Of a stretch of DNA of 64,000 bases, positions 59,267 through 64,000 are shown in pieces (the stretch's first letter is position 1; every line of letters starts with the position of its first letter). This DNA is from Actinomycetota bacterium (GTDB lineage: Bacteria; Actinomycetota; Geothermincolia; Geothermincolales; RBG-13-55-18). Below the pieces are notes generated by a model. That model did no database searches and was not told the origin of the DNA. It saw nothing but the letters and a program-made list of their open reading frames with translations. Location: positions 8,064 through 72,063 of the forward strand of contig JAXHVT010000066.1 of NCBI GenBank assembly GCA_034188985.1. Direction: 5' to 3'. A program made the translations under genes and the position numbers.

Positions 59267-60475
59267 ATGAACGAGGTGTACATCGCCGGCATCGGCATGA
59301 CGAATATCGGCCACCATGACGAGGACGCTCACGAGCTGGGAGTGCTGGCCTGCGTCGAGACTCTACGCGATGCAGGCGTTTCGCCCTCCCAGGTGGAGAG
59401 CTTGATCTCCACGCCGCACGGTTACATGGCCGAAAACCGGAAATTCACGGGCCAGAGGATGGCGGACTACCTGGGAATCGCGGCCGTTTTCATGATGGAC
59501 GTGGACAGCGGGGGCAACTCCTCCTCCGTGGCGATGCACACCGCCTGCGACCAGATCGAGCTGGGGAAGATCGGCTCGTGCCTGGTCTACGCCTCGCAGA
59601 AGGAGTTTCCCAAGAAGTACTTGCAAGCGAACGTGACCGAGTACTTCCACCTCATCATATCCGCCGACTCCCTATACGACAGCTACCAGGCCGCCTACGG
59701 GGTTATAAGCCCTCTGCCCTCTTACGCCATGGCCGTGCAGCGCTACATGTATCGCCATGGTGTCACGGCCGAGGATATAGCCAGGGTGGTTGTACTCTTA
59801 AGAGAGCACGCCTTGAAGCATCCCCAGGCCGCCTACGGCGAACCCGTGAGCCTGGAGGAAGTGCTGTCCGGCCCCATGGTATCGCCCCCCATGCACCGGC
59901 TGGAGAGCTCGGAGATCCACGACGGTGCGGCCGCCGTCTTGCTGGTCTCTGGGGACCTGGTGCGTGAGCGGGACAGGGCCGGACGGGTGACCGCGATCGG
60001 GGAGGCACACGACGCCACCAGCTTCATTCCCCATAGCGGCGAGATCGACGAATTTCCCTGCGTGCGGCGTGCCGCGCGGCAGGCCCTGGAGCGCAGCGGT
60101 TATACCATAGAGAACATCGACGTAGCCGAGGTATACGGCGCCTTCGCGGGAGTGGAGCTGATGATGTATGAGGAGCTGGGTTTCTTCGAGCAGGGAGAGG
60201 CGCCGGCGGCGGTCCGCGAGGGAAGGACCATCCACGGCGGCGAGGTGCTCCTGAATCCCAGCGGCGGACGCCTGTCCCTTGGGTACCTCACATATGCCAC
60301 CCCATTGCTGGAGATGGTGGAGATCGTAAGGCAGTTGCGTGGGGGGGGCGGGGGAGCGCCAGAGACCCGGCGCCTTGGTGGGACTCGTCCACACCGAGCA
60401 GGGATTTATAAACGGTTCCCTGGTGACCATCTTAGACCGCCCCCATACGGGGTACGCGCATCGAGGGGGGTTAGT
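59267..60475 (+). pseudogene. thiolase-like protein (SCP-x type) with frameshift in a G8-C-G5 run (60341-60355) near its C-terminus; gene end uncertain
   Basis: Frame 2 carries the thiolase up to ...VRQLRGG. The conserved C-terminus GERQ.PGALVGLVHTEQGF...SLVTIL continues in frame 0. No in-frame stop separates it from the downstream DUF35 reading frame. Confidence 0.5.
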
Positions 60476-60476
60476 C

Positions 60477-60872
60477 ATGGACACCAGGCCTTATATGCAG
60501 GACGGGGCGGCGGAGGAGTTCTTCTCCCGCTTGAAGGAAGGGAGGTTTCAGGGCACCCGCTATCGCCGTTGCGACCGCATCCACTACCCGCCGCGCCTGG
60601 TATACCCGGACTGCCTGGGCGACGACCTGGAGTGGTAGGATCTGCCCCGGGAGGGCGAACTGCTGGCCTTCAGCTCGCAGCAGGCCGCCCTGCGCTGCAG
60701 GGAACCGGATGTCATAGGGGTTGTTGCCCTGGAGGGCGTGGGCAACGTCATAAACCGCATAGACGCACCATACGGCGAATTGAGCATCGGGCAAAAGGTA
60801 TTCTTCGATACCTGGGAGACGCCAGACGGGCTGGTCCTTCACCAGTTCCGACCCGGAGGGAAGGGCGTTTAA
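60477..60872 (+). pseudogene. DUF35 OB-fold/Zn-ribbon protein with in-frame TAG at 60636-60638
   Basis: RBS GAGGGGGG before ATG 60477; ribbon RCDRIHYPPRLVYPDCLGDDLEW-[TAG]-DLPREGELLAFSS... followed by OB-fold region up to TAA 60870-60872. Confidence 0.5.
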
Positions 60873-60999
60873 TGGAGTCGTGCCTCGGGTCATCATCTCG
60901 AGGTTATTCTACGCATATCCTCCGGGCTGGAAACGGGCGGAGCTGAGCGTTGACTTGAGATCGCCACGTTCGTTCCCGGCCGGGGGTGGAGTAATTCAT

Positions 61000-62388
61000 A
61001 TGTATGGGCGAGGACAACGGGGATTAGCGAAGATGGCTGGTGATTACGAAGAAGAGAGGGAATTAGCGGTACTGGGCGAGTGCGAGACGGGGCCGGCGCC
61101 CTCGCCACCGCCCGTGGAGACGTCCGGAAGGACCCTGTTCAAAGGAGGCGTCCTCTCCGCGTTCAGTTACAGAGATTTCTCGTTGCTGTGGACGGGCGCC
61201 CTGCTCTCTAACACCGGTACCTGGGTGCATATGAGTGCCCTGTTCTGGTACGTGAAAGAGCTTACGGGCTCCGATGCCTGGGTCGGAATGGTCACGGTGG
61301 CGAACTTCATACCCGTGCTGTTCCTGGTCCTTTTCGCGGGCTCCCTGGCCGATGTTCTCAACCGCAAGGTGCTTATCTTCGTGACCCAGGCGGTAATGAT
61401 GTTGGGCGCCTTCGCCCTTGGCATGCTGACCTCGCTTGGAGCCGGCAACCTGACGGTGATAATGATAATAACCTTTATCATGGGAACCGCATTCACCTTC
61501 AACTTCCCCGCTTGGCGGGCCATCATCACCGACCTGGTGCGGCCCGAGGACATACTCAACGCCGTGGCCCTGGATGCCGCAGAGTTCAACGTGGCTCGTT
61601 TTATCGGCCCCTGGTTGGGGGGTTTCATCATCGCCTCCTTCAGCGTCAGCGTCGCCTTCTACGTCAACGCGCTGAGCTTCTTTACCGTTCTCGGCTCGCT
61701 CCTGCTGATAAAGACAAGGACCCCCAAGAGCCCTCCCCATCCCGAGGGTATGATCAAGCATGTCCACGAGATACTCGTATACGCCTGGGATAATCGCTGG
61801 GCCTTAAACGTGCTGGTGGTGCTGGTCATCGCCGCCATATTCGGGCTTCCCTTCATCGTTCTCCTTCCCGGCATGGCCAGGGACGTGCTGGGCCAGGAGG
61901 CGGGGGGGTACGGGCTGCTCCTGGGCTTCGTGGGGCTGGGAGCGGCCGCCGCGGCTCCCTTTGTCACCTGGCTCAATCGCCGTTTCAAGGAGAGCGAGAT
62001 CATCAAGATATCGGCCTTTCTCTCCGGCCTGATGCTGGTCGGCTTCTCTCTTTCCCGTACCTTCTGGCTGTCCCTGCTGCTGTCCATGGGCCTGGGCGCC
62101 TTCTTCCTGATGCTGTCGGCTGCCGTAAACACCGTGCTGCAATCAAGGGTCGAAAGGCTCATGAGGGGGCGTATAATGAGCCTCTATATATTGGTTTTCC
62201 AGGGTATGCTGCCTATAGGCGGCATGGTTATGGGGATTCTGGCCGACCGGATTTCGGCACCCTTCGTTCTCCTGGTAGGGGGTATAGTGTGCACGGTGAT
62301 GGCGGTCGTGCTCTTCATGTTCCCCTCCTTCTTGAAGGGCGCCGTGTCGCCGCTGCACTTGCCCGAATGCGATCGAGAGCCGACTTAG
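61000..62388 (+). CDS. MFS transporter
   Basis: 12-TM MFS topology with ...FSLLWTGALLSNTG... N-terminal motif; RBS GGGTGGAG before ATG 61000 (alternative 61033). Confidence 0.7.
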   Translation: MYGRGQRGLAKMAGDYEEERELAVLGECETGPAPSPPPVETSGRTLFKGGVLSAFSYRDFSLLWTGALLSNTGTWVHMSALFWYVKELTGSDAWVGMVTVANFIPVLFLVLFAGSLADVLNRKVLIFVTQAVMMLGAFALGMLTSLGAGNLTVIMIITFIMGTAFTFNFPAWRAIITDLVRPEDILNAVALDAAEFNVARFIGPWLGGFIIASFSVSVAFYVNALSFFTVLGSLLLIKTRTPKSPPHPEGMIKHVHEILVYAWDNRWALNVLVVLVIAAIFGLPFIVLLPGMARDVLGQEAGGYGLLLGFVGLGAAAAAPFVTWLNRRFKESEIIKISAFLSGLMLVGFSLSRTFWLSLLLSMGLGAFFLMLSAAVNTVLQSRVERLMRGRIMSLYILVFQGMLPIGGMVMGILADRISAPFVLLVGGIVCTVMAVVLFMFPSFLKGAVSPLHLPECDREPT

Positions 62389-62495
62389 CTTGGGGGTCAC
62401 ATCCTTGACCTTGGATTCTATACCATATTTTTCATGGTAATTACTGGTTGATAATACCAGATCTAAGATGTGACCCCTGTTGGTGGTGGTGTTTT

Positions 62496-63386
62496 ATGAT
62501 CGAGGAAGTCAGCGAGGGTTTATACCTGGTGATGGGCGCCAACCGGGGGCGCTTCCCCTATTCCCACTCCATATTGGCCGTCGGGGACGCCATCGCGCTC
62601 TTCGATACCGGCTGCGGGGCGGAGGCCATCCGGGAGGTAACGGGGCGTTTCCCAGTGGACCTGGTGATAAATTCCCATACGCATCCCGATCATTTCTCGG
62701 GCAACCACCACTTCCGGGAACATGAACTGTGGGTACCGGAGATGTTCGCGGATATACTGCCCGACCTGGAGGCCATGTCCTTGCGGCTGGCCGGTGAAGG
62801 AGATGCGGCCAGGGACTGGCTGCACCTGGTGAGGGAGATCCTCGGACACCGGCCCACGCCATGCACGGACCGCTTTCGGGAGGGCGATGTCATCGATCTG
62901 GGCCGCCTCAGGCTCACGGCTCTCCATACGCCGGGGCACACCGCCGATCACTTCTGTTTCCTCGAGGAGGGCAAGGGCATCCTCCTGTCCTTCGATATCG
63001 ACCTCACTCCATTCGGGCCCTGGTACGGGCACGTGGAGTGCGACCTGGGGGATTTCCGCTCCTCGCTGCGGCGTATTCGCGACCTCGAGCCACGCATGAT
63101 AGTATCCTCCCACCGTCATCCCGTCACCTCCGGGATCAGGGAGGAATTGGACGCCTTCGAGGCCCATTTCGATGCCCGCACCATGAGGATCGCAGGCATG
63201 CTGGAGGAGGGGAGCGCCATGCCGGAGGAGCTGTCACGGGTTTCGCCCATATACGGCGTGCCACAGAGCGATTTCCCCCTTTTCCGCTACTTCGAGTCAC
63301 GCATGATAGAAAAACACCTGGAGCTCCTGGTCGAGGAAGGCGGGGCCGTGATCATGGAGGACGGTTCCTACCGGCTCATCTCTTGA
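62496..63386 (+). CDS. MBL-fold metallo-hydrolase
   Basis: HTHPDHFSG metal-binding motif and downstream His ligands (HTPGHTADH). Confidence 0.75.
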   Translation: MIEEVSEGLYLVMGANRGRFPYSHSILAVGDAIALFDTGCGAEAIREVTGRFPVDLVINSHTHPDHFSGNHHFREHELWVPEMFADILPDLEAMSLRLAGEGDAARDWLHLVREILGHRPTPCTDRFREGDVIDLGRLRLTALHTPGHTADHFCFLEEGKGILLSFDIDLTPFGPWYGHVECDLGDFRSSLRRIRDLEPRMIVSSHRHPVTSGIREELDAFEAHFDARTMRIAGMLEEGSAMPEELSRVSPIYGVPQSDFPLFRYFESRMIEKHLELLVEEGGAVIMEDGSYRLIS

Positions 63387-63869
63387 AGGACCGTCGAGGG
63401 GTGCGAGGGACGGATCGTGTCGGCCTCTGCGGAGCCTGGAGCGGACGGTGGGAAGCCCATGCGATGTAAAGCGGCGGCATCCGACGCATGGTTGTTCCGG
63501 ACTGACGATCTCCACGGCTCGCTTTACGACGTGATCCGCCCTATATCGAACTACCGGCATGGATTTGATCTCGCTGTCCTTACGTTGCGCTCGAATCAAC
63601 CGTCCGCAGCTTCGCGCTACGAGCTGACATTAAAAAGCGGTTTTCCACATATCCCTTGAGCAAGGATTTCGCCTGTTCGGTGGCGAATCTCCTATCGGTC
63701 TGCTCCATATCTTCTCCCTTCATCTGGACTGCGTCTCCAGACTTCAATTGAAAGCCTAGTCAAGTGGATAAGTCAGCCGGCAGTCCGTGCAGATCATCGG
63801 CTGTAATATCCCAGTGCCCGGTTTTGAATTTTAGATAACAAGGATCAAACTGGTCATTGACATTCAAAC

Positions 63870-63898
63870 GCAAATATCTTAGAATTTCCCATCTGAAA
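63870..63898 (+). promoter_or_regulatory. near-consensus sigma70-type promoter TTGACA-N17-TAGAAT in a lower-GC region; transcript runs off the window end
   Basis: Read directly. Confidence 0.4.
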
Positions 63899-64000
63899 GG
63901 CAATTTAATAAAAGACAGGTTCTTGCTCTCCGAGTCCTTACACCTAAGGCCGGTGGCTATGGTGAAGGACCGATAGGGTGCGGATGGAAACGATCGTGCC

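Noticed and set aside
63595-63726. 43-aa minus-strand ORF (MEQTDRRFATEQAKSLLKGYVENRFLMSARSAKLRTVDSSAT)
   Set aside because: Too short, no RBS or motif support, and it overlaps the 3' end region of the MBL gene; retained only as a remote possibility of a small protein.

Overview
High-GC (about 65-70%) bacterial chromosomal window. The gene order gltX-cysE-cysS-rlmB-yacP-sigH-tRNA-Thr matches the Bacillus/Clostridia arrangement, so this is probably a high-GC Firmicutes-like lineage; that is inferred from synteny only. Most of the window is housekeeping plus catabolic genes, on both strands. Main contents: (1) several beta-oxidation-like blocks: an acyl-CoA synthetase, four SCP-x-type thiolases, three DUF35 OB-fold/Zn-ribbon partners, two acyl-CoA dehydrogenases, one FadA-type thiolase, two SDRs and two TetR regulators. 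(2) A phoP-phoR-pstSCAB-phoU regulon with clear 11-bp-phased TTAACC direct repeats that look like Pho boxes. (3) An Asp/Glu/hydantoin-racemase-family gene with an in-frame TGA exactly at the second catalytic-Cys signature, a candidate selenoprotein, next to a corrinoid protein and a URO-D-family methyltransferase. (4) A lower-GC island at about 14.8-18.9 kb carrying a fused XRE-HTH/ImmA(IrrE) peptidase gene, a PIN-domain gene and a 5'-truncated AAA_13 (PrrC/RloC-like) ATPase with a C-terminal Rx4H nuclease motif, which looks like a decayed defence island. (5) A family of tandem XylR_N/V4R sensor-module proteins in three paralogous copies: one intact, one with two in-frame TAGs, one frameshifted. 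Several other genes are disrupted by in-frame stops or by G/C-homopolymer frameshifts: a PaaK-like ligase and a thiolase-DUF35 pair. TAG and TGA are ordinary stop codons elsewhere in the window. Other features: a 38-bp direct repeat pair, a (CCA)7(CCG)3 microsatellite in the sigH leader, an orphan HATPase_c fragment, a tRNA-Thr(TGT), terminators and operator-like palindromes. Long Gly/Arg/Pro-rich antisense ORFs are treated as GC artefacts.
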